Shown here: positions 40,823 to 50,874 of the stretch, piece after piece
Layout: every line of letters starts with the position of its first letter
How positions within the stretch are numbered: position 1 is the first letter of the stretch
Assembly: GCA_022826665.1 (NCBI GenBank)
Contig: JAJDUK010000024.1
Coordinates: forward strand, 78,068 to 142,067
Reading direction: 5' to 3'
DNA from: Alphaproteobacteria bacterium
Lineage (GTDB): Bacteria; Pseudomonadota; Alphaproteobacteria; UBA828
DNA length: 64,000 nt
Made by a program: the position numbers and the translations under genes
Notes under the pieces: model-generated
Database searches by the model: none
Seen by the model: only the letters and a program-made list of their open reading frames with translations
What the model was told of the DNA's origin: nothing

Positions 40823-41598
40823 TCGAGCCCATCTCTCATGCGCTGTTGGACGACCCCGACGGCCGAATCCACCACGGCTTCTTCGGTCGCGCCGGGGGCG
40901 TCAGCGAGGGACTCTACCGCTCCCTCAACTGCGGCTACGGCTCGGGCGATGACCCCGAGGCGGTGCGCGAGAATCGCGCGCGGGCAATGAGCGCCTGCGA
41001 GCTTTCGCCGACGGCGCTCTGCACCGCGTATCAGGTCCACAGCGCCGAAGCCCTTGTCGTGACCGCACCCTGGGCGCGAGAGGACGCGCCGCGCGTCGAT
41101 GCCATGGCGACAGCGACGCCCGGACTCGCGCTCGCGATCCTCACCGCCGATTGCGTGCCGGTGCTGATGGCGGATCGCGAGGCCGGCGTGATCGGCGCGG
41201 CGCACGCTGGCTGGCGCGGCGCGCTGAACGGCATCCTGGAAGCCGCGGTCGAGGTCATGCTGGGCCTCGGCGCGCGGGCGGGCGGGATACGGGCCGTGAT
41301 CGGCCCCGCGATCGGGGCAACTTCCTACGAGGTAGGGCCGGAGTTTCCGGCGCCGTTCCTGGCACGCAGGCCAGAGGACGAAGACCTGTTCGCGCCGGCA
41401 AATCGCGACGGGCACTTCCTCTTCGACATCGTGGGTTACGTCGCCCGCCGCTTGGGCACCTTGGGCCTCGCGACGGTCGCGGCAACCGGCGGCGACACCT
41501 GCGCCGAGGCCGACCGCTACTTCAGCTACCGCCGGAGCGTCCACCGCGGCGAGCCCGACTACGGCCGCAACATCTCCATCGTCGCACTCGGCCCCTGA
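40819..41598 (+). CDS. pgeF: Peptidoglycan editing factor PgeF (YfiH/DUF152 purine nucleoside phosphorylase-laccase fold)
   Basis: HGFFGRAGGVS ... LAILTADCVPVL ... AHAGWRG. Confidence 0.85.
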   Translation: MIEPISHALLDDPDGRIHHGFFGRAGGVSEGLYRSLNCGYGSGDDPEAVRENRARAMSACELSPTALCTAYQVHSAEALVVTAPWAREDAPRVDAMATATPGLALAILTADCVPVLMADREAGVIGAAHAGWRGALNGILEAAVEVMLGLGARAGGIRAVIGPAIGATSYEVGPEFPAPFLARRPEDEDLFAPANRDGHFLFDIVGYVARRLGTLGLATVAATGGDTCAEADRYFSYRRSVHRGEPDYGRNISIVALGP

Positions 41599-41599
41599 C

Positions 41600-41680
41600 A
41601 TGCCCTACGTGATCATCTTCGGTGTCCTGCTGTTCGTCGGCATGGTGGCGAGCTGCGTCTTGGCGGTGTCGAGCTCATGA
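41600..41680 (+). CDS. Candidate 26-aa single-TM micro-protein, translationally coupled to the downstream lipoprotein gene
   Basis: ATG 1 nt after the pgeF stop encodes [26 protein letters not shown]. Its stop overlaps the ATG of the next gene as ATGA. Not in the ORF track (too short). Confidence 0.35.
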   Translation: MPYVIIFGVLLFVGMVASCVLAVSSS

Positions 41681-42888
41681 TGCGTCCCGGACGCATGGCC
41701 CGTTTCGCCTGGCGGAGGGCGATACCGCTCGCGCTGGGCCTTATCCTGTGCGTGGCGCTCGCGGCCTGCGGCGACCTGCCCCGCCCCTTCCAACCCGCAG
41801 ACAAGAGCGCGCAAGCATGGCTGGGCCCCGGAGATGTCGCCTGGGGCAGCATTCTGGTGCCGCCCATCGCTGGGCTGCCGGCAAACCAGTCGGCTGCGCT
41901 GGTAGACGAAGTGGTGAAGGCGCTGCACCTGCGCGACGTGCCGGCGAGCGCCTACGCCGGCGGCCGAGGCAGCATCGTGCTGGCCGGGCGCGTCTCGGTC
42001 GCCGCAGGCAAGCTGAGGTGGTCGTTGATCACGCCTGACGGCGAGACTGCGCTCCGATTCGAGGAGCCGACGCTCGGTGCGCAGGCCAGCGACGCACCGA
42101 CGCCCGATCTGGCCGCCGTCGCTGAGCGGGCCGCCGCGCGGGTCGCTGCCGCACTGAAACCGCCGGCATCCCCAGATCCAGATCGTCCGCCCCAAGTGCC
42201 CGTAGTCATCGAAACCGTACACGGCGCTCCGGGCAACGGCGGGATCGCGCTTGCCCGCGCTATGCGGCATTCACTCGCCCGCATCGGCATCACTGTCGCC
42301 GATGCCCCCGAGGCCGGCAGTCCGACGATCCAGGGCTGGGTCTCGGTCTCACGAGACGACACCGCCACGGATAGCGCGACCGTCACGATTGCCTGGGATG
42401 TGCTGCATCCCGATGGCTCGAGACTCGGCACCGTTACCCAGAGCAACCGCGTCGGCGAGGACCAGCTGACCGGCACATGGGGCGTTCTGCCGCGACTCGT
42501 CGCTCGTGCCGGTGCGCCAGGCATTGCGCAGCTGCTCGATCAACCGGACGTACGCCAACTCGCCCAATCACCTCGGCGGAAGACGCCCGCGAGACCGCCC
42601 CGCCAGGCTCCGATCGAAGCGCCGCTTTCGCTGGCAATCCAAGCGTCTGCCGCATTCCCCACAGCGTTAAGCGAAGCACAGCCCAGGCCGCCGATCGAAG
42701 CGCCACTCGTGGTGCAGATCGAAGCGTCCACCGCATCGGCTGCACCGTCTATCGTGTTGAGAGATGCTCCGCTCCTGCCGTCATCGAGACAAACTCTCGT
42801 GCCGCGCTTCAAGCCGCGACCGGAGGTGCCGCGTGCACATGCGGTACTGGTCGAGGCGCCCATCGCGGTCTCCGTCACGGTTCGGTAA
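41677..42888 (+). CDS. Hypothetical lipoprotein with internal PIEAPL-containing tandem repeat
   Basis: Lipobox [15 protein letters not shown]. Pro/Ala-rich C-terminal half with repeat [16 protein letters not shown] / [15 protein letters not shown]. No recognisable catalytic domain. Confidence 0.6.
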   Translation: MMRPGRMARFAWRRAIPLALGLILCVALAACGDLPRPFQPADKSAQAWLGPGDVAWGSILVPPIAGLPANQSAALVDEVVKALHLRDVPASAYAGGRGSIVLAGRVSVAAGKLRWSLITPDGETALRFEEPTLGAQASDAPTPDLAAVAERAAARVAAALKPPASPDPDRPPQVPVVIETVHGAPGNGGIALARAMRHSLARIGITVADAPEAGSPTIQGWVSVSRDDTATDSATVTIAWDVLHPDGSRLGTVTQSNRVGEDQLTGTWGVLPRLVARAGAPGIAQLLDQPDVRQLAQSPRRKTPARPPRQAPIEAPLSLAIQASAAFPTALSEAQPRPPIEAPLVVQIEASTASAAPSIVLRDAPLLPSSRQTLVPRFKPRPEVPRAHAVLVEAPIAVSVTVR

Positions 42889-42938
42889 CGGCGTTTACAG
42901 AGCAGGGTCAGATTGATACAGTCCGCGCGCCTTCGGGG

Positions 42939-42959
42939 CCTGCAGGGCGGCCCTGCAGG
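42939..42959 (+). terminator. Hairpin CCTGCAGGG-cgg-CCCTGCAGG, possible terminator/attenuator between the lipoprotein gene and prs
   Basis: Perfect 9-bp stem with a 3-nt loop, followed only by a weak U tract (TCTTG). Confidence 0.35.
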
Positions 42960-42995
42960 TCTTGCCCCGATCCACGCTCCAGGGAACCGTCATCG

Positions 42996-43928
42996 ATGAA
43001 GCTCGTTGCCGGGAACAGCAACCGGCCGCTGGCTGAGGCGATCTCGTCGGCGCTCGGCATCGGTTTGACTCGAGCCTCGATTCGCCGCTTCTCCGATTCC
43101 GAGATCTTCGTGGAGATCCTCGAGAACGTGCGCGGCGAAGACGTGTTCCTGATTCAATCGACGTCGACACCGGCCAACGACAACCTGATGGAGCTGCTGA
43201 TCTGCCTCGACGCCCTGAAGCGCGCCTCGGCGCAGCGGGTGACGGCGGTGGTGCCCTATTTCGGCTACGCGCGGCAGGACCGAAAATCGTCACCGCGCAC
43301 GCCGATCTCCGCCAAGCTGGTCGCCAACCTGATCGAGGCGAGCGGCGCCAACCGGGTTCTCACGCTCGACCTGCACGCCGGCCAGATTCAGGGGTTCTTC
43401 GACATTCCGGTGGATAATCTCTACGCGGCGCCGGTAATGGTCGATGACATCAGGCTGAACTACAACAACGAGCCTCTGATGTTCGTCTCGCCCGATGTGG
43501 GCGGCGTGCTGCGGGCTCGTGCCATGGCCAAGCGCTTCGAGGCCGATCTCTCGATCGTCGACAAGCGGCGCGAGCGTGCGGGCCAATCGGAAGTCATGAA
43601 CATCATCGGCGATGTCGAGGGTCGGCGCTGCATCATCGTCGACGATATCGTCGATTCGGCCGGGACCCTCTGCAACGCAGCAGCGGCGCTCAAGGAGGCG
43701 GGCGCAAAGGCGGTCCACGGCTATGTCTCTCACGCGGTGCTATCGGGCGAAGCGGTGGCACGGGTCTCGTCGTCTGAGCTCGAGTCGCTGGTCGTGACGG
43801 ACACCATTCAGACAACCGAAGCCGTGGAGAGCGCGGACAACATCCGTGTGCTCCCAATCGCGCCATTGATGGCCGAATCGATTCTCCGTATCAGCTCGGA
43901 GACCTCGGTCTCGAGCCTCTTCGATTGA
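42996..43928 (+). CDS. prs: Ribose-phosphate pyrophosphokinase
   Basis: [17 protein letters not shown] ... [19 protein letters not shown] ... [12 protein letters not shown]. The track ORF is spuriously extended upstream. Confidence 0.93.
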   Translation: MKLVAGNSNRPLAEAISSALGIGLTRASIRRFSDSEIFVEILENVRGEDVFLIQSTSTPANDNLMELLICLDALKRASAQRVTAVVPYFGYARQDRKSSPRTPISAKLVANLIEASGANRVLTLDLHAGQIQGFFDIPVDNLYAAPVMVDDIRLNYNNEPLMFVSPDVGGVLRARAMAKRFEADLSIVDKRRERAGQSEVMNIIGDVEGRRCIIVDDIVDSAGTLCNAAAALKEAGAKAVHGYVSHAVLSGEAVARVSSSELESLVVTDTIQTTEAVESADNIRVLPIAPLMAESILRISSETSVSSLFD

Positions 43929-43959
43929 CGCGCGACAGAATTCTGGAGACACCTGAACC

Positions 43960-44643
43960 ATGAGTGACGAAGCAATGATCGAGGCACTGCCGCGCGCGCC
44001 GCGCGGCAAGGGAGGCGCGCGGGCACTCAGGCGCGAAGGCCGCACTCCAGCCATTGTCTACGGCGGCGGCGCAGATCCGCTGTCCGTATCGCTCGACTAC
44101 AACGTGCTGGAGCGCGAGATCGGCCGGCGGGGCTTCTTCGCTCGCCTCTACGACCTCAAGGTCAACGGCGACGTGATTCGCGTTCTGGCCCGCGACGTCC
44201 AAGTCGATCCGGTCAGCGATGCGCCGATCCATGTCGACTTCATCCGCTACGTCGCAGGCGCGACGCTCGCCGTCTGGGTGGAGGTCCGGTTCGAGGGCCA
44301 GGAGGAGAGCGAAGGCCTGAAGCGCGGCGGCGTGCTTAACATCGTCCGTCACGAAGTTGAGTTGATGTGCCCCCTCGAAGCGATCCCCGAATTTCTCGTG
44401 GCCGACGTGTCCGGATACGAGATCGGCGACAGCATCCACATCAGCGACATCGAGCTTCCGGAGGGCGTGACGCCCACCATCACCGACCGCGACTTCACCG
44501 TCGCCACCATCGCCGCGCCCACGGTCATCGTCGAGCCGGTCGAGGAGGAGGAAGGCGAAGAGGGCGAGGAACTGGAGGAAAGCGCCGAGGAAGGGGCCGA
44601 AGATGCCGAGGGCGCGCCGGCCGAGGAAAGCGAGGACTCCTAA
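43960..44643 (+). CDS. rplY: 50S ribosomal protein L25 / general stress protein Ctc
   Basis: L25/Ctc family with an acidic C-terminal tail (EEEEGEEGEELEE). Confidence 0.88.
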   Translation: MSDEAMIEALPRAPRGKGGARALRREGRTPAIVYGGGADPLSVSLDYNVLEREIGRRGFFARLYDLKVNGDVIRVLARDVQVDPVSDAPIHVDFIRYVAGATLAVWVEVRFEGQEESEGLKRGGVLNIVRHEVELMCPLEAIPEFLVADVSGYEIGDSIHISDIELPEGVTPTITDRDFTVATIAAPTVIVEPVEEEEGEEGEELEESAEEGAEDAEGAPAEESEDS

Positions 44644-45325
44644 CACGGGCATCTTCCGCCGCTCCCGCGCCGCCCAGGGCGGCGCCCCCGCCCGCCTGCT
44701 GGTCGGCCTCGGCAACCCCGGCGCCGATGCTGCCCGGCATCGCCACAACGTGGGCTTCATGGCGCTCGATGCGCTGGCCGCGGCGCATGACTTCGGCGCG
44801 TTCAAGCGGCGCACGCGCTTCCAAGGCGAGATCGCCGAGGGCCGCGTGGGCGACGTAGCGGTGCTCGCGCTCAAGCCCCATACCTACATGAACGAATCGG
44901 GCCGCGCCGTCGGCGCCGCCATGCGCTTCCACCGACTCGAACCGGCGGCCGTCATCGTCCTGCACGACGAAGTCGATCTCGCCGCCGGCAAGGTTCGCGC
45001 CAAGCGCGGCGGAGGCGTCGCCGGCCACAAAGGGCTCAGGAGCATCCGCGCCCATATCGGCGCCGATTTCTGGCGCGTGCGGATCGGCATCGACCACCCC
45101 GGCGATCGGGACCGAATGACCGGCCACGTGCTCTCCAACTTCGGCGCGTCGGACCGGACCTGGCTCGACCCGACTCTCGACGCCATCGTCGATGCCTTCC
45201 CGCCGCTCATGGCGGGCGACGCCAGCGCCTTCATGAGCCGGGTCGCGCTCCTCGCCCCGCCGCCGGGATCGAGCCCTGCGCAGGCCGGCGGCGAGACGCC
45301 TACAGGACCATCGGGTGGGGTTTAA
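44603..45325 (+). CDS. pth: Peptidyl-tRNA hydrolase
   Basis: LLVGLGNPG ... HNVGFM ... catalytic His region. Start uncertain: no ATG/GTG/TTG between the rplY stop and LLVGLGNPG. The ATG at 44603 overlaps rplY by 41 nt; a CTG start is the alternative. Confidence 0.8.
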   Translation: MPRARRPRKARTPNTGIFRRSRAAQGGAPARLLVGLGNPGADAARHRHNVGFMALDALAAAHDFGAFKRRTRFQGEIAEGRVGDVAVLALKPHTYMNESGRAVGAAMRFHRLEPAAVIVLHDEVDLAAGKVRAKRGGGVAGHKGLRSIRAHIGADFWRVRIGIDHPGDRDRMTGHVLSNFGASDRTWLDPTLDAIVDAFPPLMAGDASAFMSRVALLAPPPGSSPAQAGGETPTGPSGGV

Positions 45326-46418
45326 GTGCGGCATCGTGGGCCTGCCCAATGTGGGCAAGTCCACGCTATTCAACGCGCTGGTGGCGAGCGGCGCAGCCGA
45401 GGTCGGCAACTACCCCTTCTGCACCGTAGAGCCCAACGTGGGGCGCGCGCCGGTGCCGGACCCGGCGCTCCACGAAGTCGCGCGCCTCGCCGGCTCGCGC
45501 AAGGTTGTGCCGAGCGTGCTGGAGGTGGTGGATATCGCCGGCCTCGTCGCTGGCGCCAGCAAGGGCGAGGGACTAGGCAATCGCTTCCTGGGCCATGTGC
45601 GTGAGGTCGATGCGCTGCTCCACCTGGTCCGCTGCTTCGAGGACGACCAGGTGGCGCACGCCTCCGGTGCGGTCGATCCCCTGCACGACATCGGGTTGAT
45701 CGAGACCGAGCTGATGCTGGCCGACCTGGAGAGCCTGGAGCGCCAGCGCGAGGCAGCGATCAAGCGCGCCCGCGGAGGCGACAAGGAGGCGAAGGATCGG
45801 CTCTCGGCGATCGAACCGGCGCTCGCCCTGCTTGAGAACGGCCAACCGGCACGCGGGCTCCATCTGCCCGACGAGACGACCGCGCGCGAATTCGCGGCCC
45901 TCAACCTGCTCAGCGCGAAGCCGGTGCTCTACGTCAGCAACGTCGACGAGGCGAGCGCGGCGACGGGCAACGCGATGAGTCAGGCCGTCGCCGCCCATGC
46001 CACCGCCGCCGGCGCGGAACAGGTGGTCGTTTCGGCGTCGATCGAAGCGGAAATCGCCCTCCTCGAAGACCCGGATGAGAAGCGCGAGTTCCTCGAAGCC
46101 CTCGAACTCGAAGCGCCGGGCCTGGACCGCGTGATTCACGCCGGGCACCGCCTGCTCGGCCTGATCCGCTTCCTCACCGCCACCGAGACGGAAGCGCGCG
46201 CCTGGCCCATTCGCGAGGGCAGCACGGCGGTCGAGGCGGCCGGCCGCATCCACACCGACTTCGCGCGCGGCTTCATCTGCGCCGAGACCATCGCGGCGGA
46301 AGAGCTGATCGCGCTCGGCGGCGAGCAGGCAGCCCGCGCCGCCGGGCGCATGCGCCAGGAGGGGCGCACGTACGTCGTGCAGGACGGCGACGTCATCCAT
46401 TTCCGCTTCAATGTCTAG
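45315..46418 (+). CDS. ychF: Ribosome-binding ATPase YchF
   Basis: MGFKCGIVGLPNVGKSTLFNALV G1 motif, TGS domain C-terminus. Conserved rplY-pth-ychF order. Confidence 0.93.
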   Translation: MGFKCGIVGLPNVGKSTLFNALVASGAAEVGNYPFCTVEPNVGRAPVPDPALHEVARLAGSRKVVPSVLEVVDIAGLVAGASKGEGLGNRFLGHVREVDALLHLVRCFEDDQVAHASGAVDPLHDIGLIETELMLADLESLERQREAAIKRARGGDKEAKDRLSAIEPALALLENGQPARGLHLPDETTAREFAALNLLSAKPVLYVSNVDEASAATGNAMSQAVAAHATAAGAEQVVVSASIEAEIALLEDPDEKREFLEALELEAPGLDRVIHAGHRLLGLIRFLTATETEARAWPIREGSTAVEAAGRIHTDFARGFICAETIAAEELIALGGEQAARAAGRMRQEGRTYVVQDGDVIHFRFNV

Positions 46419-46514
46419 CGCTGCTGCGAGTGGCGTGCCTATGTCCCTTCTGCTATGTGAAGAGCCAGCGCTCGAATGGGCGCAACACAATGGAGGATCA
46501 GGGAGGCACCCACG

Positions 46515-47183
46515 ATGGGCGCAGTTGTCCAGCTGACTGCGGACGATGGTCACGTTCTCAACGCTTACCGCGCTGCGCCCGATGGCGAGCCCCGTGCGGG
46601 CCTCGTGCTCGTGCAGGAGATTTTTGGGGTCAACGGCCACATCAGAGGGGTCTGCGACGATTACGCGGCCCAGGGTTATCTCGTCCTAGCGCCGTGCCTG
46701 TTCGACCGGAAGGAGCCGGGAATCGAGCTCGGCTACAGCGCCGAGACGGTGGACGAAGGGCGCGGGCACAAGGCCGATATCGGCTGGGAAGGCCCGGTCA
46801 TGGACATCAAGGCCGGCGTCGATGCCCTCGAAGGCGCGCCGAAGGTGGTCGTGGTGGGCTATTGCTGGGGCGGCTCGCTCGCCTGGCTTGCCGCCTGCCG
46901 GCTGGAGATCGACGCGGCGGTCGGCTACTACGGCGGCCAGATCATCGAGTTCGTGGGAGAGACGCCCACCTGCCCGACGATGCTCCACTTCGGCACCGAA
47001 GATGCGGGCATCCCGATGGCCGACGTGGACGAGATCACGACGACCCACCCGGACGTCACGGTTCACGTCTATCAGGGCGCCGGCCACGGCTTCAACTGCG
47101 ACCAGCGGGCAGATTACCATCCGGAGGCTGCCGCGCTCGCCCGCGACCGATCCCTCGCCCATCTGGCACGCCATCTCGGCTAG
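46515..47183 (+). CDS. Dienelactone hydrolase family protein
   Basis: VLVQEIFGVNGHIRGVCDDYAAQGY, and the Cys/His/Asp arrangement (GYCWGG ... GAGHGF). Confidence 0.75.
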   Translation: MGAVVQLTADDGHVLNAYRAAPDGEPRAGLVLVQEIFGVNGHIRGVCDDYAAQGYLVLAPCLFDRKEPGIELGYSAETVDEGRGHKADIGWEGPVMDIKAGVDALEGAPKVVVVGYCWGGSLAWLAACRLEIDAAVGYYGGQIIEFVGETPTCPTMLHFGTEDAGIPMADVDEITTTHPDVTVHVYQGAGHGFNCDQRADYHPEAAALARDRSLAHLARHLG

Positions 47184-47192
47184 CGGGCGTCC

Positions 47193-48077
47193 GTGGCCGA
47201 CCAGACCACGCCGGTCCGTCTCGGCGTCATCGGCGGCAGCGGCCTCTACGAGATCGAGGGTCTGAGCGAGGTCGAGCGGATCGACGTCCGCTCGCCTTTC
47301 GGTACGCCGTCGGACTCCCTCCTTCTCGGCCGTCTGGCGGACACCGAGATGGTGTTCCTGCCGCGCCACGGCCGCGGCCATCCCCTGCCGCCGAGCGCGG
47401 TCAACTACCGCGCCAACATCGATGCCCTCAAGCGGGTGGGCGTGACCGACATCGTCTCGCTCAGCGCGGTGGGCAGCCTGCGCGAGGACATCGCGCCCGG
47501 CGACTTCGTGCTCGTCGACCAGTTCATCGACCGCACATTCGCACGCGAGAAGAGCTTTTTCGGCGCCGGCCTCGCGGCACATGTCTCCATGGCCGAGCCC
47601 GTGTGCCCGCGTCTTGGCGACCAGTTGCTGTCGGCCGGGCAGAGCCTCGGGCTCGGCATCGTCCGGGGCGGTACGTACCTCGCGATGGAAGGGCCGCAGT
47701 TCTCGACGGTCGCCGAATCGGAGCTCTACCGGCAGTGGGGGTGCACGGTCATCGGCATGACCAACATGCCCGAAGCCAAGCTCGCCCGCGAGGCAGAGAT
47801 TTGCTACGCGACCGTTGCCATGGTGACCGACTACGACTGCTGGCATCCGGACCACGACGCGGTCACGGTGGAAGCGATCGTGCGGACCCTGCAGGAGAAT
47901 GCCGCCGCCGCCCGCCGCCTGGTCGCGGCACTGGGAGAAGCGCTCGCCGCCCGCCGGGAGCCTTGCGCCGCCGGCTGCGACCGGGCGCTGGAGAATGCGG
48001 TGATCACCGCGCCCGAGGCCCGAGACCCGGCAATGGTGAAGCGCCTCGACGCCGTCGCCGGCCGCGTGCTGGGTTAG
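47193..48077 (+). CDS. mtnP: S-methyl-5'-thioadenosine phosphorylase
   Basis: VRLGVIGGSGLY ... PRHGRGH ... MTNMPEAKLAREAEICY, the MTAP/PNP family. Confidence 0.85.
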   Translation: MADQTTPVRLGVIGGSGLYEIEGLSEVERIDVRSPFGTPSDSLLLGRLADTEMVFLPRHGRGHPLPPSAVNYRANIDALKRVGVTDIVSLSAVGSLREDIAPGDFVLVDQFIDRTFAREKSFFGAGLAAHVSMAEPVCPRLGDQLLSAGQSLGLGIVRGGTYLAMEGPQFSTVAESELYRQWGCTVIGMTNMPEAKLAREAEICYATVAMVTDYDCWHPDHDAVTVEAIVRTLQENAAAARRLVAALGEALAARREPCAAGCDRALENAVITAPEARDPAMVKRLDAVAGRVLG

Positions 48078-48466
48078 CGGCTCCGCTCCACCTCGACGCC
48101 CACGCCGCCCGCATCCGGGTAGAGGTCTAGCTTCTCGACCCGCACCCACACGCTGTGCACGCGGCGGTTGGCGAGGCAGAGCTCGACGATGCGGTCGGCC
48201 AGTGTCTCGACCAAGTTTATATGGCCGCCGGCGATGATGGCGCGAATGCCGTCCACGATGGTCTCGTAGGAGACGACGTTGGCGATGCTGTCCTCGATCG
48301 GTCGTTCGTCGTCCGTGACGTGCACGCGGACATTGATCCGCACCCGCTGCGTGCCGTGGCGCTCGTGCTCGTGGACTCCGATCGAGCAGGGCACGACGAG
48401 GTCGCGAATCAGCAGATGGCGCCGCGTGGCTGCGGGTTGATCCGGCGTTGGGGTCTTTGTGTTCAT
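48074..48466 (-). CDS. folB: Dihydroneopterin aldolase
   Basis: LLIRDLVVPCSIGVHEHERHGTQRVRINVRV, typical FolB of 130 aa. Confidence 0.8.
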   Translation of the reverse strand: MNTKTPTPDQPAATRRHLLIRDLVVPCSIGVHEHERHGTQRVRINVRVHVTDDERPIEDSIANVVSYETIVDGIRAIIAGGHINLVETLADRIVELCLANRRVHSVWVRVEKLDLYPDAGGVGVEVERSR

Positions 48467-49236
48467 TCGAGGATTTCTTTCCCCTGCGGCATCGCCCAGC
48501 CGAGATGCTGACCGCTGTCCAGGGCAATCATCTGCCCGGTCAGCGCACGCGCGGCGAGGATAAACCGCACGCCTTCCGCGATGTCGCCGGGGGCCACGGC
48601 GCGCTTCAGCGGCGTGGCTTCGTATTGCGCGGCGAAATGCTCCGGGCTCTGGCGCGCGCTCGGCAGGGTCGGTCCGGGGCCGATCCCGTTCACCCTGATA
48701 CGGGGCGCGAGCGCGAGCGCCGCCGTCTGTGTGAGCGTCCAGAGGCCCGCCTTGCTGAGCGTGTAGGACATGAAGTGCGGCGTGAGGCTCCAGACGCGCT
48801 GGTCGAGCATGTTGACGATGCAGCCCTCCGCCTCGTCCGGCAGCGCTGCGGCGAACTTCTGCATCAGCACGAAGGGCGCGCGCAGATTGACCGCCATGTG
48901 GAGATCCCAGCTCGCGCGGGTCGCGCTTTGCAGATCGTCGCGTTCGAACGGAGAGGCGTTGTTGACGAGGCAGCCGAGCGGCCCGAGCGCCTCCATCGCG
49001 CGCGCCACCAAGGTCTCGACCTCGGCCTCTTCGGCGAGATCGGCCTTGAGCGCCACGGCGCGGCCGCCGGCGCTCTCGATCCCTGCGACGACATCCCTGG
49101 CGGCATCGCCGGACTCGCGATGGTGCACCGCGACCGCCCAGCCGTCCTGCGCCAGCGCCTCGGCAATGGTGCGGCCGATGCGCGCCCCGGCGCCGGTGAC
49201 CAGTGCCGCCCGCGGCATTGCGTCAGACACGGTCAT
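48463..49236 (-). CDS. SDR-family oxidoreductase, probable pteridine/dihydromonapterin reductase (FolM/PTR1-like) co-located with folB
   Basis: ALVTGAGARIGRTIAEAL Rossmann and YTLSKAGL catalytic YxxxK. A 4-nt overlap with folB suggests a folate/pterin function. Confidence 0.7.
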   Translation of the reverse strand: MTVSDAMPRAALVTGAGARIGRTIAEALAQDGWAVAVHHRESGDAARDVVAGIESAGGRAVALKADLAEEAEVETLVARAMEALGPLGCLVNNASPFERDDLQSATRASWDLHMAVNLRAPFVLMQKFAAALPDEAEGCIVNMLDQRVWSLTPHFMSYTLSKAGLWTLTQTAALALAPRIRVNGIGPGPTLPSARQSPEHFAAQYEATPLKRAVAPGDIAEGVRFILAARALTGQMIALDSGQHLGWAMPQGKEILE

Positions 49237-49250
49237 TGCTTGCCGCCGCC

Positions 49251-49709
49251 CTACCCGCTCGCCTCCTGCCGTCTCGCCTCCTGCTCGTAGAAGCGAAAGA
49301 CCATGTCGGTCAGCGTCACGAAGCCGACTGCCTCGTTGCCATCGACCACCACACTACGCGACAGGCCGAAGCGGCCGAGCAGACGGATCGCGTACTTGAT
49401 CTCCATATCTGCGCTGATGGTGAGCACCGGCTTCGACATGATCTCGTAGACATTCACCCGGTCGGGCGAGCGGTTGTCCGCGATCACCTTGTTGGCGATG
49501 TCGGAGATCACGACCATGCCGTACTCGTCGCCGGGCCGGCGGCGCTCGACCACGAGCGAGTACACGTTGTTCTCGCGCATCACTTGGAGAGCCTCGTGCA
49601 CCGTGGCCACGCCGTCGATCGGCGCCGGCATCGGCGACATCACCGCGCGCACCGTGTTGAGCTGCGCACCCTGCGCTTCTGCCGTGGCCGTGTTTGCCTT
49701 CCTGCTCAT
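49251..49709 (-). CDS. CBS domain pair protein
   Basis: 152 aa with two CBS-like repeats (VHEALQVMRENNVYSLVV ... and VYEIMSKPVLTI ... RSVVVDGN). Overlaps the PII-like gene. Confidence 0.7.
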   Translation of the reverse strand: MSRKANTATAEAQGAQLNTVRAVMSPMPAPIDGVATVHEALQVMRENNVYSLVVERRRPGDEYGMVVISDIANKVIADNRSPDRVNVYEIMSKPVLTISADMEIKYAIRLLGRFGLSRSVVVDGNEAVGFVTLTDMVFRFYEQEARRQEASG

Positions 49710-50056
49710 ATCTGGTCCTCGATCTCGTGCTTGATCTCGGCGATCTGATGGGAGAGGCCGATCGCGTCTTCGATGGCAATCTGGAACGCGATCCCCGTCC
49801 CCGACTTCTCCTCGAAGGCCCCGGCCGCCGCAATCTCCTCAAGGACGTTGCGGCTCATATGCTCTTCCACGAGGAACATCACGATGTCGCGCTGGCCGGT
49901 CAGCCTCAAGCCGAGAAAGGTCTGCTGCGGCTCGAGCCCCTCGCCGCGGCAGCCGGTGATGATTGTAGCACCGGTCGCCCCGGTGCGACGGCCGGCGGCG
50001 AGAACGGCATCGGTCTCGCCCGAATCCACGAGCGCCATGATGAGCTTGAAACGCAT
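49706..50056 (-). CDS. PII-like (GlnB-fold) signalling protein, DUF1538-associated subgroup
   Basis: 116 aa. MRFKLIMALVDSGETDAVLAAGRRTGATGATIITGCRGEG ... with a beta-alpha-beta layout typical of the PII superfamily. Located 4 nt downstream of a DUF1538 gene. Confidence 0.65.
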   Translation of the reverse strand: MRFKLIMALVDSGETDAVLAAGRRTGATGATIITGCRGEGLEPQQTFLGLRLTGQRDIVMFLVEEHMSRNVLEEIAAAGAFEEKSGTGIAFQIAIEDAIGLSHQIAEIKHEIEDQI

Positions 50057-50059
50057 CGT

Positions 50060-50848
50060 TCAGGTTCCTTTCCCGGATGATCGGCGCTTGCGCAGGGCGG
50101 CGAGCGCCGACGAAAGCTGGGTAAACCCCAGCACAGCGATGACGGCAAACACACATGCGAACGCGATAAGGCCGAAGCCATCGAGCATCGGGCTGCGCCC
50201 CGGTACGTTGGCGGCGAGGCCGAGCCCCAAAGCAGCCACCAGCGGCACGGTCACGGTCGACGACGTGACGCCGCCCGAATCGTAGGCGAGCGCAATGATG
50301 CTGCGCGAGGCGAAGATCGTCAGCAGGATCACGAGCGCATAGGCGCCCATGAACAGATAGTGGAGCGGTATCCCGGTGACGATGCGGACGGTCCCCACCC
50401 CGACGCCGACGGCAACGCCCGCGGCAACGGCAATCCTTAAACCCCAGGGGTTGATCGTCCCGCCCGAGACGGCGCCGGCCTTGCGCGCAACGGCCATGAG
50501 CGACGGCTCCGCGATGGTGGTGCCGAAGCCGATGGCCGCCGCAAAGGCGTAGATCCAGCCGTAGTCGAGCCAATGAGCGGTAGCGCCCGCTGCAAGACCG
50601 AGGAAGGCCGGGTCGGTCAGTTGGGCGGCCATCGTCTTGCCGAGAGGGAAGAGCGCCTCTTCCAGCCCGATGAGGAATAACACGAGCCCAACGACGACAT
50701 AGACGAAGCCGACCACGATCCGACCGAGATTCGCCGGGCGCTGGCGCAGGACGACGATCTGGAAGAACAGCACGATGGCGAGCAGCGGCACGATATCGCG
50801 CACCGTATCGAGGCCCACGGATGGCAGAACGACGAGAATATCCACCAT
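50060..50848 (-). CDS. DUF1538 family integral membrane protein (paralog B)
   Basis: 262 aa, about 7 predicted TM helices. Conserved blocks GLDTVRDIVPLLAIVLFFQ, GFGTTIAEP and [32 protein letters not shown]. Confidence 0.7.
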   Translation of the reverse strand: MVDILVVLPSVGLDTVRDIVPLLAIVLFFQIVVLRQRPANLGRIVVGFVYVVVGLVLFLIGLEEALFPLGKTMAAQLTDPAFLGLAAGATAHWLDYGWIYAFAAAIGFGTTIAEPSLMAVARKAGAVSGGTINPWGLRIAVAAGVAVGVGVGTVRIVTGIPLHYLFMGAYALVILLTIFASRSIIALAYDSGGVTSSTVTVPLVAALGLGLAANVPGRSPMLDGFGLIAFACVFAVIAVLGFTQLSSALAALRKRRSSGKGT

Positions 50849-50874
50849 GTCTGTTGCCCCTCAGAGCATCCGCA

